Source: Raillietiella orientalis (lineage: Eukaryota). From it: a stretch of 64,000 bases of DNA. A program made the translations under genes and the position numbers. This document shows positions 1-13,373 of this stretch, piece by piece. Positions within the stretch are counted from its first letter, which is position 1; the number at the start of each line of letters is the position of its first letter. The stretch covers positions 2,852,001-2,916,000 of the forward strand of contig JAYWIR010000004.1 in assembly GCA_036172245.1 (NCBI GenBank). The letters run 5' to 3'. The notes under the pieces were generated by a model. It was not told the origin of the DNA and did not search any database. It worked only from the letters and a program-made list of their open reading frames with translations.

Positions 1-301
1 ATCTCACACATGGATCCTGAATTCATGCAGGCAAACCTCGCCTGCCTTCGTGGGCGAACATTCCCCACTCCAGGAAATGCTGTGAGGATGTGTAGAGTAC
101 ACCACAACTCGATGATAGCCAATCGGGCCACAGTTTGTTACCGGTGGCAATTCAAAAAAAGATAAACTCAGTACTGTTCGTTTTGAGGTCTACCGACAAA
201 CATGATTGGTCTTATTCTTTGGACACGCTCACAACTGTACACAGATTCTTTGATTCGTTCCGCCCGAAAGTTTTGGAACGGCAGTGACGTCAAACTCGGG
301 A

Positions 302-330
302 GAGTGTTGTGTGTGTGTGTGTGTGTGTGT
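302..330. repeat. (GT)n microsatellite
   Basis: Run of GT dinucleotides read directly. Confidence 0.9.
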
Positions 331-1174
331 TGCGTGTCATGTCCGGAGTCCATCATTCTCAAATTTAGATTCTGGTCTGCGTGCCAGCCTCATCGGGAGG
401 GTTAGAACATACTTTTTAGAGGGAAGCCACAGACTGAGAACCGAAATTTAGGTCCCCCGCAGTCTCCGAAAGAGTCTTCATTTAGTATGAAAAGTCTTTT
501 CTCGTTGGGCTTGATTCATGTATCCGGAAGTTTCGAGCAAGTTCTATTTCACACAAGCCTGGCAGGAGTTTACTAATAAATTCCACTAAAGTTTCATAAT
601 TGAAAATGCGCCGTTGATTGGTTCATGCTTTGAACAGAATCATTCAGGATCTCCCACATACGAATTTCAGTTTTTTTTTTTTTTTTAAATCTGAAGGTCG
701 TGGCTTTTCATGGTGAACGCTTCATCTCCAACACGCTGTTAAACTCAAGTACATCATGAATTATTTTTCGGCAGTTTGTTTACGAGATATAGTCTGTGGC
801 TGTTTGTGCTCTGAGAAGCAAAATCGAGCAAATTCGCGGCAGCCGAATGCAGATGAAAGTGCCTTCTGATCTTTCTTCTTCTTTTCATAAAGCAAGAGTG
901 GTAGAGCATTTCCAAAGTATTTTTTCTAGCACTCTAAAATTTTCTTTCCGATTTTGTTCTTCATGGAAAACTTCTGATAAAATATTTTGGAAAACAACAA
1001 CGAGGATGTTTCGTGTCGTCCAACCCATGTGATGCATTCATGAGCATCTTTTCCGTCGGTGGCCAATGTCCTCTCTGCGGCATGCAGAGCGCTAATCGGT
1101 TTGTTGCTCCGAAATGAACGACGGAAAACTCCCGGAGCAATGTGAAAAGTATGCTGGAGATTCGAATCTCTTAC

Positions 1175-1867
1175 CATGGCGTTCCAGCTTGGCTTCAGGA
1201 AACGCTTGGGAATCGAAGAGATTCCTGTCGCTGCCGCAAGCTCTGGAAACGTGTGCGAGGCTCGTTTGCGGCAGGGCGTATGCTGCTGCTGCTGCTGCCG
1301 CCAACCTGTGGAAGAATAGGCTGCAGGTGGAATGCATTTGTCTCGACGGGATTGAGATGATGATCACGGAAGGGAGGATGTTTGCTTAAAACTTCTGCCG
1401 ACGTTCCTGCCCTGTTGCATCGACTACATAAGACTTCGGAGTTATGGAACACCTTCGATCTGGTTCCTATTTGCGCTGTTCCTGTTGATGCGATCACACC
1501 TGGTGTAGTGTTGTTTGTTTCTTTATCGTGCATTCGGCTGTCTCGAGAAAATCGAAGTGGGCAGTGGCTCTCCTGCTCCCCCTTTCGCTTTCGCTTCTAG
1601 GGGATGCTGCCAACGATGCGATGGGATTCCGATTCGCTAGTCCTGCCAGGTCCCGCATCTCCCAATCTCTTACCTATTAAAAACATCTCAGCTTTGAAAG
1701 ATTCGGAGTCGCAAGAGCGGGCTTTTCGATTTCGGTCTTCCTTGTTAACTTGGTCCCCTCAGCATGCTCTCGGATATGGAATGCCTGTGATTAGACTGAA
1801 CAGGTGCTATCCCCCCCCCCCCCAGTGGTCATCAGAGTTCCATGAATGCTCTGAAAGTTGTTGCATT

Positions 1868-1898
<31 letters not shown>

Positions 1899-4800
1899 GC
1901 TGTCGTTTTGCAATGCGTAAACATGCGTTTCCCTTGAGTGGGATCTCTTCGAAACAGCGCGACCACTTGTGACCGTGTGGAAGACCTTCGGAAATCGTTT
2001 TGTGAGAGGAAATTTCGAGGAGCAGGCGGGTCTCTCTGCGAATCTCGGCAGCCTGACGCATCCGCGTCGGGGGTTTCCGTAGGTGCGCAACCGAGTATGC
2101 GGGCTGCCTCCGCGCGTGGTGGCAAGAGCGACAACGTGGAGGATCGACGCCCAGAGATGGATGCGTCTTGGGTCTCGTCTTCCCTTCCCCCCTCTCCCCA
2201 GCAGGGCGATGCTGATGGACCCCGATTGACTTTGGTCATGATGGAAGCCGGAAACCGGATGTCCCCGTTGACTGGCCGGGATTGGAAGTCGACCCTCCGA
2301 GGTCCTTCCAGGAATGAAGGAGCGCCGGTCCTCTTCGGGGAGTGCCCTTCAGAGAAACTTGGAAGCGTCCCTTCGGAGTTCCTCACTCCCAAGTGTGAGA
2401 GGAATGGGCTCCCTCCTCCGGAGCTTTCCTGGATTCATAGGATGATCCCTCCTGGATCTCCCCCAATGACTTGAAGCGTTACACGCACCCTCGGGTGGCG
2501 TGGATAGGGTTCCAGAGCCCCTAAGGAGGCGAACGGTTTTCGAGTACGTAGCCGGAAGACGGCGGTGGTACATGTTGGCGGAGACTACAGTGATGTGTGA
2601 TTTTGTAATCCGAGTTGCTTGAAGATTGCTTTCTGGAAGATCGATGTCTCTTTTTCGCGAAAACGGATCGCGCGTTCGTTATCTTTCGATTAATTTCTTC
2701 AGCCGTGTTTCTTCCCGCCGTTCTTTGAGCGCTGCCAGTGTGGAGTGCGATCGGAACCCTCTTGTGTCTTTTCCACGTTCACGTCCATCGCTTTTTTCGT
2801 GTCTTAGTAGCTTCGAAAGTTGACGTATGTACGCATGTGGTGAAGCAGCTTTGTATGGATCTTCTCAAAAAGTACATGTACTACCGAATTTGTATTCATT
2901 TACCTCTGTTCATTTGTTTAATTTTCTGTTCGTGGGCTGAACTCGGACTTTTCGGTTCCTTCCCCGAATTTCCGCTCTCGGCCAGCGTTTCGAATTCTCT
3001 CGACGAAAAATTCTTGATGAGGGCCGATTGCTTCCGTGTCTCTCGACAAGCCTGAGAGAAGTCCGGCTTGAAAAATCACAGCTCCGCAGGTGCGCGAAAA
3101 CCGACGAATCCACCCTTTCCAAAGTACTGGAAAAGGTGAGTTCTTCGGAAGACTCCGTGCTGAAGGAAGAAGAAGAACACGTAAGCAGCCATGGACGCAA
3201 GCGGCCGCATTGGCAAAGTGGACCCAGCACTTTGGAGATCGGTAGGAAGGCCTGGCAGATTTATACACGTATTTTCCCCAGTCCCACAACGGGTGGGGTG
3301 AATTTATTATTATTATTTTTTTTCCATTCACACTACATACTCATTCATACCAAATATCCAAGTTGCTTTTTTTTCCACTTTGGGGAGTCACTATGGTAAG
3401 GTCTGCACTAGGGAGGACCACGTGTTGGGTGTGCCTGGACGATGCACGTAACACGTCTTAACCCTCTACAGGCCAGTGAGACTTTGAAGTCACGTACTAA
3501 TGTATCCTATTGATACGTTTAACTCCTTACCTCCAGGCGGCATATATACATCTTGTTGTATGACGTCTCCTTGGTAACCAACAACAGTCTTGGTGACAGG
3601 ATGCCAACTGCACCCCGAGATATCGAGGTAAATGCTTTAGGGAGTTGTCCACAGATAAAAGTTGCACGAAGCATCCTGTGCAGTTTGTCATGATTTTTTG
3701 TTCCATCGGTGTTTTGATAAGCAACAGGGAAAAGCCTACGTAATAGCTCTTGGTCTGTATATCAATAATCTCTTATTCGTTTGCACATTTACACAATCAT
3801 CTTGTTATTATTTTCACATGATATAGCTTTGTGACTTTCAAGTCACAACGAGCTGTAATGGTAGCATTCGGTGTATCGACGACCGTAGACAAACACTTGG
3901 AAGAGGAGGAGAAAAGGGGAACAAAGGCAACACTTCCAGTCGAAAACGTGCGAGAAGATGAAATAGCGTCTATTGACCGCCATAAGAGGGGACGCTGGAA
4001 AAAAACCGGGATAAGCAAAGGGGATCCAAAAACAAAATGTTGGAAATCTACGTTTAACTCCAAGCACATGCTGTTTTATGGAATTCCATGCTTGAGCTTT
4101 CCTCTTATACGCACAAGTGCAACCGTTGTAACTCCAAAGCTGCAAAGCATATTCGTCATAATAAAATCATTTAAACCACTGAATTCATTATTAACTTGTA
4201 ATTAGAGATGGATGTTTGTTAATTTCACGTTGCATAATTTCTTTTGTAGCCGTAACAAAAAAAATTCGGACTTTAGAGGGTAAGCTGATCGTGCAGAGTT
4301 TTCCGGTAATCTTCTTGATTTTCACAGGATGCACCAGACGAGCTCGAGCAGCATCTCAGTGTAACTGTGTTGTACTCTTCAGTGTACTTCTTCAGTGTGC
4401 TTGCATCCAGGAAAGCTATCTTTTACGGCGGGTTTGTAGGCAACTGCTAGTCCAGAACGAGTTTTCGGCCCGTCGGCACGCGTGGGTGGCACACCAATTT
4501 AACCCGGCACGCGAGGCAGATTTAGGGCAAGCCTGCAGTGTTGTTATGTGTGGCCAGCGGGAAACCTGTCGTCACTGGGCCAATGTGGCCTACACTCTTC
4601 CGTCATTCTAGCATGTGTACAGCCGAAGCGTGTCTTCCGTGATTTCTGTGCATACCGAACAAGGTTCCGGCTTTCGGCATGTACAATGCAACAAACTGTC
4701 GCGTGACTCGGGGCCGTACTGGTGTTCACCGGTACATGCTTGGGTGCATGTCCTCCCCCCGCCCCCGTGCTTTCTCGATCTGCGTCCTGCTCGCAAACTG

Positions 4801-7800
4801 TTTTCATTCGGAAGTTTTCCCTCCAGTCATCCTTTGCTGGTTTCGATTCTGCTCGAGAATTCACAGGTTCTGCGTGGCCGCCCTCGGTCGTAGATGGCTT
4901 AGAAGTTGAAGCGGCCACGCAGCCCGGGGTTGCGGGAAAATGCCCGCAAAGTGTTCCTTCATCCGCAAGACACTTGCTTGTCTGTTCGTTCCTTCCCGAA
5001 TTGGTGTGCACTTCATGAACCTGCGTGCCAGGATGGAAATTTCGCTGCCTGTGAATCGTCCCTGCCGTCAAGGACGAACGCAGCTTTCCCTGTTGACGAG
5101 TTCGTCTGTGAACACCCCGAAACTCTTTTTGTAGCTGTGGCACCCCATGTGTGTCAGCTCCGTAAGAGATTCGTATCGGAAAACGCGAATGAACCCGTAC
5201 GAATTCCCTGCACGTTATTTGCCAATCATTAACGATCCGCAAACGTTGACGTAGACGTTAAGTACACGTGACGTGCTCTCATTCAGCACGACGGGAAAAC
5301 CAGCGTGACCAGCGAACCACCCCAACGCAGGCAGAGTGCAAGAGTCCCCCATCTTTTTATTTTTTTTTTTATTCGTTTTGAAATGGTCTCGAAAAAAAAA
5401 AAAAAACAACAACATCCATCCTTCTACTAGAAGAAAGATGAGCGGAGTGTCAGGGTGCGTCTCGAATCCGTGCTTGGTGGGCAGCCGAACACTGGCCGCA
5501 CATCCGCTTCCTCCCGCTCGTGCCAGAATGCTTCAGTCGCCGCACTTTGGTGTGCGAAGTGTTGTGCACGTCTGAATGAAAAGGCTAAGCGCTAGGAATC
5601 TGCGGTCGAAAGTTGTGGGTGCTGCTTCAATTTTTGTGCATCAAAGAAAATCACCTTTTGCTCATTCACTGGTACCATTGTATTTCAGCATTTTCTTCTC
5701 GCAAATTCATGACCTCCAGTTACTTCGACGGAACGCCGTTGTTCATTTGTCGAGCATGTAACAGAACTTACCGACACAAACGGTCACTAACCCGGCACAT
5801 GCGGAATCGGTGTGGGCTGTCCCCCAGACGGAAAAAGGCACTGAGGTTTCACCAAGGCGACTTAGGCTACAAGATGGAAGACTAACACCTTCAGAAAGCG
5901 CAGTGTTCTGGCAAAGAATTACACTGCAAACGTTCGCTGGGCAGCTCAGTATGATTTTGATAACCCAGTGTACTCCTCCGCCGCCGCCGCCTCCTGTGAA
6001 CATCATCAGTCACTGATTGGAAGCATCGTTGGTCTCGCCGTCTTGTTGGTTTGTTGTGCTTTCAATCGGCTGATTTCGGAGTGGCACCACGGCGCCACGG
6101 CCGAAACAAAAGCAGCAGGAGGTGACTGCAGTGCTCAGACGTGGTGGGTTTTGCCGCCTCGCTCCCCCCCATATCTGTAGGCTTGCGAGCTTGCAGGATT
6201 GCTAGCAGCATGGAATCCATTCAGAAAACCAGAATACCTACCTTTTCGCACGAATGATGTAGTGCTTTATTACCTCCCACTTAGGAAGGGGCAGATGACG
6301 TGGGTCACCAGGACGTGCTCAGAAGAAATGCAAGCATTGCTGAAGAGTTTACTGTTCTGGGGGAGGGGGGGGGGGATCCGTAGAAAGCCGTCGCATCTGG
6401 AAATGGTTCCAGGTTGTCTTGAATCGGCCTTACCTCTCGATCCCGCTTCGATGGCGCATCATGGGTCCGAAGACTCATCCATTCTCCAGGTTGTTCTCAA
6501 GGAGTTTTAGAGTGACGTGTCGGGGGGTTCTCCGTACAGCGATGGAATCCTGGCACTGCGCCCCTGTGGGGAAATCGTGGCAGCAGTCCTGTCGTACTGA
6601 GGGGCGCGGGCGGTTCTTCTTCTTCCGGAAGCCGCACTCCCCTCCTCAACGAGTTCCGGAAAGTTTCAGGAGCAACGCGTTTCCCGTAAGCGCTGTCCGG
6701 ACGCCCGTGGACCCTGCACCACTGAAACCTAATCCACTGCTGTAGCGCTCCCGGGAATTCCATTTTGTGCGTGTGGTAGAAAAGATGACGGTCACGCCGC
6801 TCGGCGGCTCCGACCTTGCGCAAGCAAACCAGCTGCCCACCGTGCCTCTTGCCGGAAGGCTCGGTGTTTCCGAAGCGTGGCATTTTACCGGGGCGCTGTG
6901 CACACCAAGGAGATCCCAGAAGCAGCTGCATACGCGTCTCTTGATGGGCGATGCTTTCCCCAAAGGACTGCCCTCTTACCAACCCTTAATCTGCAAGGGC
7001 TTTTCCCAAGAACTGATGAAATGGTCAGGCCAAAAGAACAACTTTCGGCGCCATCTATCTTCCCGAACATCTGCCGTGGACGCTCGGACGGACCCAGCGC
7101 CCTGAGATCTCCATTCCGTGACCTTGGGCGGTCGCGCGACGGTGGAACCGACCACCCGGTGAAAGGGGGAGAGGGGGCAGATGGCACCCTTGATGATCAA
7201 CCATTCACACTCTGAGAAGGGATAATCCAGTTCGGACCCCTGTGGCGACGGTCTCAGCGACCAGGGAACCGACGCCCTCGGCATGGTTCCTTGCAAAGCG
7301 GGCAGACGTTGATGCAGCGCAGAAGGTCCAGAAATTCTTGCCGAGAGGGACGGCCGAACGCGCGTCCCACGAACTGGAGGAAGCAAAAACCACCACCCCT
7401 GATGACCAGGAACATCACCAGGAAAGAGCTCGAGGGTGCTCCGCAAAGGAACGGGGAGGAAGGGGCCTGCGACCGCAAAATGCGAGCCGAAGAGGCATGG
7501 GTCGCTGGGCCGTGCTGGGATGTCGAGGTGCCGGAACAGCCACGCGAAGAAGAGGATGGGCGTGATCAGCGAGGTCCATCCCGCGTGCCCTCCTCCAGGG
7601 AGTGAGGAGGAGTCGTGGGCGGGTTCCACAAGCGCTCCCCTCCTCGGTCGACCGAAGCGGCGTCCTCTGTTTTGCGTCAGACGGGAAGCTGGCGCTGGCT
7701 TCACGGGATTGCAAGTGCGGCGGATTGCCGCGAGAGGCGCTGCTGCGAGTCGGCCTTGCGGGGAGCCGCCGACCACGAAGACCGTGCACTTGTACAGTTG

Positions 7801-9901
7801 GCTGAAGACAGAGACAAAGAGGGACCTGGAGACAAAGAACGACCTTCACGCACCCTTTCTACTCCTCCCTCCCCTCCATCCTCCCCCGGCTCGGGAGACG
7901 ACGAGCCCCTGGCGGCGAGCGACCGCAGCACGAGGTTACAAAACCAGAAAGGGGCAGAAAGCGGGAAGCGGAAGCAAGGGAGGAGGAAGCAGAGTATCCT
8001 CGCTTTTCCGTCCGCCATCTTTCTTCCCCTCCGGACATTCCAAGAACCCCACTCCCTATGCGGAAAGCGGCTGCAGGGAAGCTGGAGGGCTTCCGGAGAC
8101 CACACAAGAGGGACGCATCTTCCCTGGGGCATCTCGGATATTCAGAGATCAAAATGGCTTCCAGGAAGCAGGGAAATGGAAAGTGGAGGGAGAGGGAGTG
8201 GGGGGAGGAGGGAGTGAAGACACGTGGAGGATGAGGTCTGATTGGGCTAGGAAATGTCCCTCCTCCCCTCTACTGGATGTTCTTCTTCTCTGTCCTTCTC
8301 TGGGTCAAAGCTCTCTTCTTTTTTTTCGTTGCAGATGCTGCTCACCACTTGTTCAGGAAGGCGGAACTCCGCATCCCGGATAAACTCTTCCACCACGGGC
8401 CAAGGGGAGAGACGAGACGTGGGTGGGTGAGGAGGGGGGGGGGACGGCGCAGGTCTGTCTCTTAATTCCGGGACAGACATGGGGCACCCACCATTGCAGC
8501 CATCCTTCCTTTCTACTTCCTAGGTCCCGGCCTAGCGCTCGGCGCCTCCCCTCCTTCCCCCGGGAGGGAGGTCCTCCGGGGTCCTCTGCAGTCCAGAGTA
8601 GAGACGATGGTCGCAGCAGGCCACGTTTCCCCCCCCCCTCTCCCTTCCTCCAGCGTACCGTCGAAAGTACTGAGACAGCGTCCTGTTCTCGCCGATCCAT
8701 TGCCGGAAGGACGGCGACCTCCTCGGAGATGGGGCGAGAGGAGAAAGTGACCATCCTCCCGAGACGGTGGGCCGCCGCCTCCGGCAACGCCACATCAGGG
8801 GTGGTGGTTTTTGCTCCGTAGATCTGTCGAGACCAGGCGACCTGCTGTAGATGTAGCCATGGCACCCGAGAAAACCTCAGAACCAGGGACGACCGAGAGC
8901 AGGAAAGGAGAATGAAGGGCGCAGCCGTTCTGCCACCCTTTTTGCCTGCGCCCCAGAGACCCATTCCTCCCTCGCGCCGCGATTGGCGAGCGAACGGAGC
9001 GCCTCGCCCACCCCGGCGCGTCCGAGCACCGAGTCTCAGGGAAGAGGAGAAGCGGGGGGGGGGATTATTGATCCTTTGAACCATCGCTCTGAGGCGCGCC
9101 CTTCTCTCGCGTGGTCCCTCCTGGCCTCTTCGTTCCCGGAGCCGCGCTGGGGAAGTGTCAACCCCTACGCGCGCTCCGGAGCAGGGCAAACTGCGCCGCC
9201 TGTGCGCCGATCCGTGCGCGACGCGGCCTCCCGGCGGGCGGCGACGTCGCGATCCTCATCTCTCCTGCCTCCCTTTCGAACCAGGAGAGGATAAGGTGGG
9301 CGTCACGCAGCGGCACCGGAAGTTTCGCGCATGCTTTGCTGCACGCGTCGCTGAGGAAGAGGTCGAGAAACCCGTGGTCCGCCCGTGAACCCGTGGTCGC
9401 GGCGGCGGTGCGGAGGCCTCTGGTCTAGGAAGACCCCCCACTCCACCCCCGTAGGAGCGATCCGGGAGCGGTGCAGTCGCGCCTCCATCCTCACCGTGCC
9501 ACCGCCACCGCCACGCGTGACCGTGAGAGGTGTAGGCAGATTCCAGGTGGAGACCTAGCGAAACGGGGGAGAGGAGCGTTCCTAGGAAGCAGCTCCTCTT
9601 CTGCGATCCGAGGGAGCAGTTGCCAACCCGTTGCGGCTTCCTACGAGTGACCCGGACCACACGTCCAAGCAAAGATCGTGACCAGGTCCTCCACCAGCGT
9701 GTTGTCCAAGCAGAGGCCCACCAGGGCGTCTCTCGTGATGCCAACAAAGCTGTTGCACGACGAACTGCAGCAAGCGCGACAAACAGGGAAATATCGGTGG
9801 CAGCAACTGTGCCTCGGTCACTGGTCTCCCATGGCCCAGCAGCACTTACCTAGCGGACGTTGAATGCAAAACACCCCCTGCTTCCACCATAACGAATGCT
9901 C
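1175..9901 (-). CDS. Candidate 5' coding exons (9901-9850 and 1305-1175) of an unidentified minus-strand gene continuing left of the window
   Basis: Both exons have a pyrimidine-rich acceptor (ttttttccccttag; ttcttccacag) and a strong donor (AG|gtaagt; TG|gtaaga). Phases fit: MVEAGGVLHSTSA-R-LAAAAAAAYALPQTSLAHVSRACGSDRNLFDSQAFPEAKLERH, ending in phase 1. No homology recognised. Confidence 0.4.
3458..4283 (+). mobile_element. Degenerate, internally deleted piggyBac-family DNA transposon
   Basis: Left end TTAA|CCCTCTACAGGCC (3458-3474); the right end reverse-complements to CCCTCTAAAGTCC (11/13 match) and is followed by TAA. Related near-palindromes gagactttgaagtcac (~3478) and gtgactttcaagtcac (~3831). 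Frameshifted peptides resemble piggyBac transposase pieces (KHPVQFV..FDKQQGK; VREDEI..KRGRWKKTG..KTKCWK / LRLTPSTCCFMEFHA*, like the Cys-rich C-terminus). Confidence 0.7.
5689..5885 (+). CDS. Terminal exon encoding a single CCHC zinc finger of lola/BTB-ZF variable-exon type
   Basis: Acceptor tgtatttcag at 5688, phase 1; peptide FICRACNRTYRHKRSLTRHMRNRCG (C-x2-C-x12-H-x4-C), the pattern of the first finger of lola isoforms; stop at 5883-5885. No BTB exons in the window. Confidence 0.65.
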
Positions 9902-12900
9902 CTAAGGGGAAAAAAATAGAAAACCAAGTTCACGCTGCTCTGTAGGTCCACTTTGCTTAGTTTTGCCCCAAATGGGAAGGTCTACACATGACCAAGGAAA
10001 CTTCTCCCCAAACAGTGATCCCCGACAACAAAAAACTCGGTTCTCCCAACAAGAAGGTCCGTCGCAGCGATGCCTGCCTCCAGCTAGCGATTCCCACCTA
10101 GAAAGAGGATTCGCCCCTCCCTCCCCTTTTGCCCCTAATTACGCGTTCTTCTATGTCTTCATGGCAGGAACCGCGAAGCTGTTCTCAATCACCGATTCGG
10201 AACCTTTTGAGGGATGAACCCAGGGGATATTCAGATAGTAGGGGCACCGTAGCCGTAGAAAGTGGGAACCAGCTCATCATGGATCGGCATCCTTAGGGGG
10301 GTCCACATCTCCGCTTAACAGACGTGGAGTAAACTAGTGCTTTGAGAAAGCGTCTCTGCATCTGCAAGACGAAACAGACTCTTCTGTCACTTACAAACAA
10401 GTCACGATAATTTCAAGGACCTGGGCTTCGCGAAGCAATTGGTTCCTGCGGCGGCGTGGGGACACGGAATCATTCCCTTCCAAAGAAGGTCCCCGATCGG
10501 ATCTCCGCCTTCGCAGTACCGCCATTCAAATTGCTCCGTGACAGTTCACTTCTCCAAGAATATATTCATTACGAGATCTTGGAATTCGTGTTCCTTCTTT
10601 GCTCCCGCTGCCTGAAGTCTGTCAAACTTTTCCCAACTTTCGAAGAATTATGATGCGTTGGATTCCAAATTGACACTCTAAAAACTGACTTTCTGCGGAC
10701 AATGAATGACTTTTTTCTTTCGTATTCCCAGCAATCCCTCTTCCATCCCATTGCTGCTTTTGATTTTGGTTTTCTTTTCTTTTCCTGTAATTGGTGAGAT
10801 TCATATGACTAAATTGCACTACTGACATCTTATGAAAACTGTACACTTTTTTTTTTTCCTTTCGATGATTCTGATTTTTCAGTGTGCATATTTGTTCACT
10901 ACAAAAATCTGTGGAAATCTGAAGAAAAGAATACTGGATGTGTGCAAAATTCTTCTTGAAATTTCATGCGCTGGTTCATATTTTGCACCAGGGACCATGA
11001 AAATAAAAAACTCTTGCTTCGCTTCAGGCTGCAAATGGACTCAGGGCTTTTACCGGATTTTAACATGAGTGTACTAAAGTGCAAACTTTTTATTGGAAAC
11101 GACGAAATGAAATCTGGATTCTAGTCGATTTTCAACAAATTCCGTTTGCATAAATATGCAAAATTCATATGCAGATGCAAAATCCTTGTGAAACCATATG
11201 ATACACGAGTGGTTTTGCCGCAGCAGGCTGCAAATCCGTTGAAGAAATGAGCGACGGACCACAAGTCTATAAACAAAGAATGCCAACTTCTTGAAATTTA
11301 ATTCTGTTTGTGTGTGTTCGTTTAATTTATATGAACGGCTTCTACTTCTGTCGGCGTGACTATTAGGTAGTTGATTAACATCAGCAAGGTCCATAGGGAG
11401 CTTTCGAAAAATTCTCTCGGGTCGCGTTAGCTACAACCTGTACTGCTGGTAGCTGCCAACAACGCTATTATGCTCATTCACCTCTGAAATTTATAGACCT
11501 AGTATGAAGGAAGGTCCTTCTTTTCCTCTGATAGGAAATTTTTGAATAGCATCTTAGAGGATGTATTTCGATGAAAACAGTTATTATCATTGATTGCTGA
11601 ATGGAAACATATGTACTTGATTCTATTTTATAGGAATTTATTGATTTCCAGCACACATGATAAACATATTCGTATGATGATAGCATAATTTATCGAACAA
11701 GTTCATTGAAATTATATCTACAAGCGTTACCATGGGTTTATTACTGTAAGATCAACTTGGAAGATATTGCAGGACCTTGCTTAAAGGACACTTGAGTTCC
11801 ACATAATGGCTTATGGTAGTGCCAATTATTGATTGTATCAAATATCAAGCCGTGCTGGAAATATTTTCATTCTTAAATGGAGAATAGAATGGTACTTTGT
11901 TCAAGATGAAGAATAGAGTATGGAGTAATGGAGTATGCAATCTGATGTAAAGTAGTTTCTAGTCGAATTCGAAAGGAAAAAGAACTAAGATTGATTCAGT
12001 GTCATATTCCTTAGTCTGTTTGTAGATTATTGCAAAAAAGCCGTAATCTTTTCAACGATAAGTATGAACAAGTTTTGCATTGAAATTAATTCTAGAAATA
12101 TTCTTGAAAGATTGATAGCTGAAGTCAAACATCTTTCCCGAAAACTACTTATCTTCTCAAGGAAGCCCCCTCTTCATTGGAAATACAGAAATTCGAAACC
12201 CTGTTTGGACATCTCTGCTTCCCAATTTAAGAATATTGCGAGTACTGTAATGCAATTGGGAGGTTGTTCATCGAAGAGTTCCCCTGCTCATTGTTCTTCA
12301 GGATGCAACATACGAATGTATCTGTATCTATAAACACTAGCGTTAGTAACATGACCTGAGTTCTAAAACTCGTAAGCCTAGTACAACAGCTGTTTCGTGC
12401 TTGATGCAACCATGTTTTTTATGTACACCAAATCATATATTTCCTCAAACTGTATGCGGCTCTTTGGAAAGAGTTATAACACAAGCGTGCCTTGAAGTAA
12501 GCAATTGTGAGATACATGGGTTGGCATTCTTGACATATTAGAAGCTCTTTAATCTTCCAGATATTTTGGAATGCTATTAAATTCTCATCGCGAACTTTGG
12601 TTTCTATAGGTGGAACATTTGTGATTGCAGTACCGATCCAGGGGAAAAAAGTAAAATTAGCAATTTGCATGATACTTATTAAAAGTAAACTGAAAGGTGC
12701 ACCAGATTAATCATTACGACTACATTCAAAAAATTTCACCTATCCCTTTTTTTTGTAAGCGCTAACTTGGTTTTGTATATGCCTTATAATTGTTGAAGAG
12801 AGATTCCTGTTCTTTCATTTAATTTTTGGAGAACTCTTTGCGCGAATATATCTGGCAATGACCAGTCAGTCCTTAAAAAATGTTAGTCTCAGGTGCATAT

Positions 12901-13373
12901 GCTACAGTGGTCGTCATGTGGTAAAGAAATGGTCAAAAATTATCAGCCGGAGATGAATAGTGGCTATTTTATATATTATTCTCAAGTTTCGCGTGCAGCT
13001 TTCGGTTGCGGTTATTGTTTACTGTAAAAGATCTAGTTAGTGTTGATCGGAATAGATCTTGAAAAGCAGAAATGGCATGCTGGGTTGTAATGTATGTGAG
13101 CGTGTGGTCGTGTGGCGTTTATAGGTTTATTCGTTGCTGATGATTCATTTTTCGAAAAGCCAACTGCATGAAATCGTTCTTCGTTGGTATCCTTTGAATC
13201 CCTTTTGGTGTTGCTGCACCAAAATTGCCGTGTATGTTAAGACTAACAAATTTCTTGTCACAAAGGAATGCATTCCGAAAGTAAACATTTGCATGGATGA
13301 AGTTGAATTGAGGTGCACTGCATTGCGCAGGAGTTGATGTATGTTTTTGTTTTTAGAAAATGTTTTTTTATCG

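Noticed and set aside
1811..1899. Poly-C and poly-G tracts able to pair or form G-quadruplexes
   Set aside because: Homopolymer runs are frequent across the window; no specific evidence of function.
4553..4572. Short similarity to a lac/pUC vector sequence (cgggaaacctgtcgt)
   Set aside because: Only ~15 nt, flanks do not match; not contamination.
6400..9850. Many long overlapping ORFs (up to 315 aa) on both strands
   Set aside because: GC-rich, low-complexity, no recognisable domains; expected by chance at this composition.
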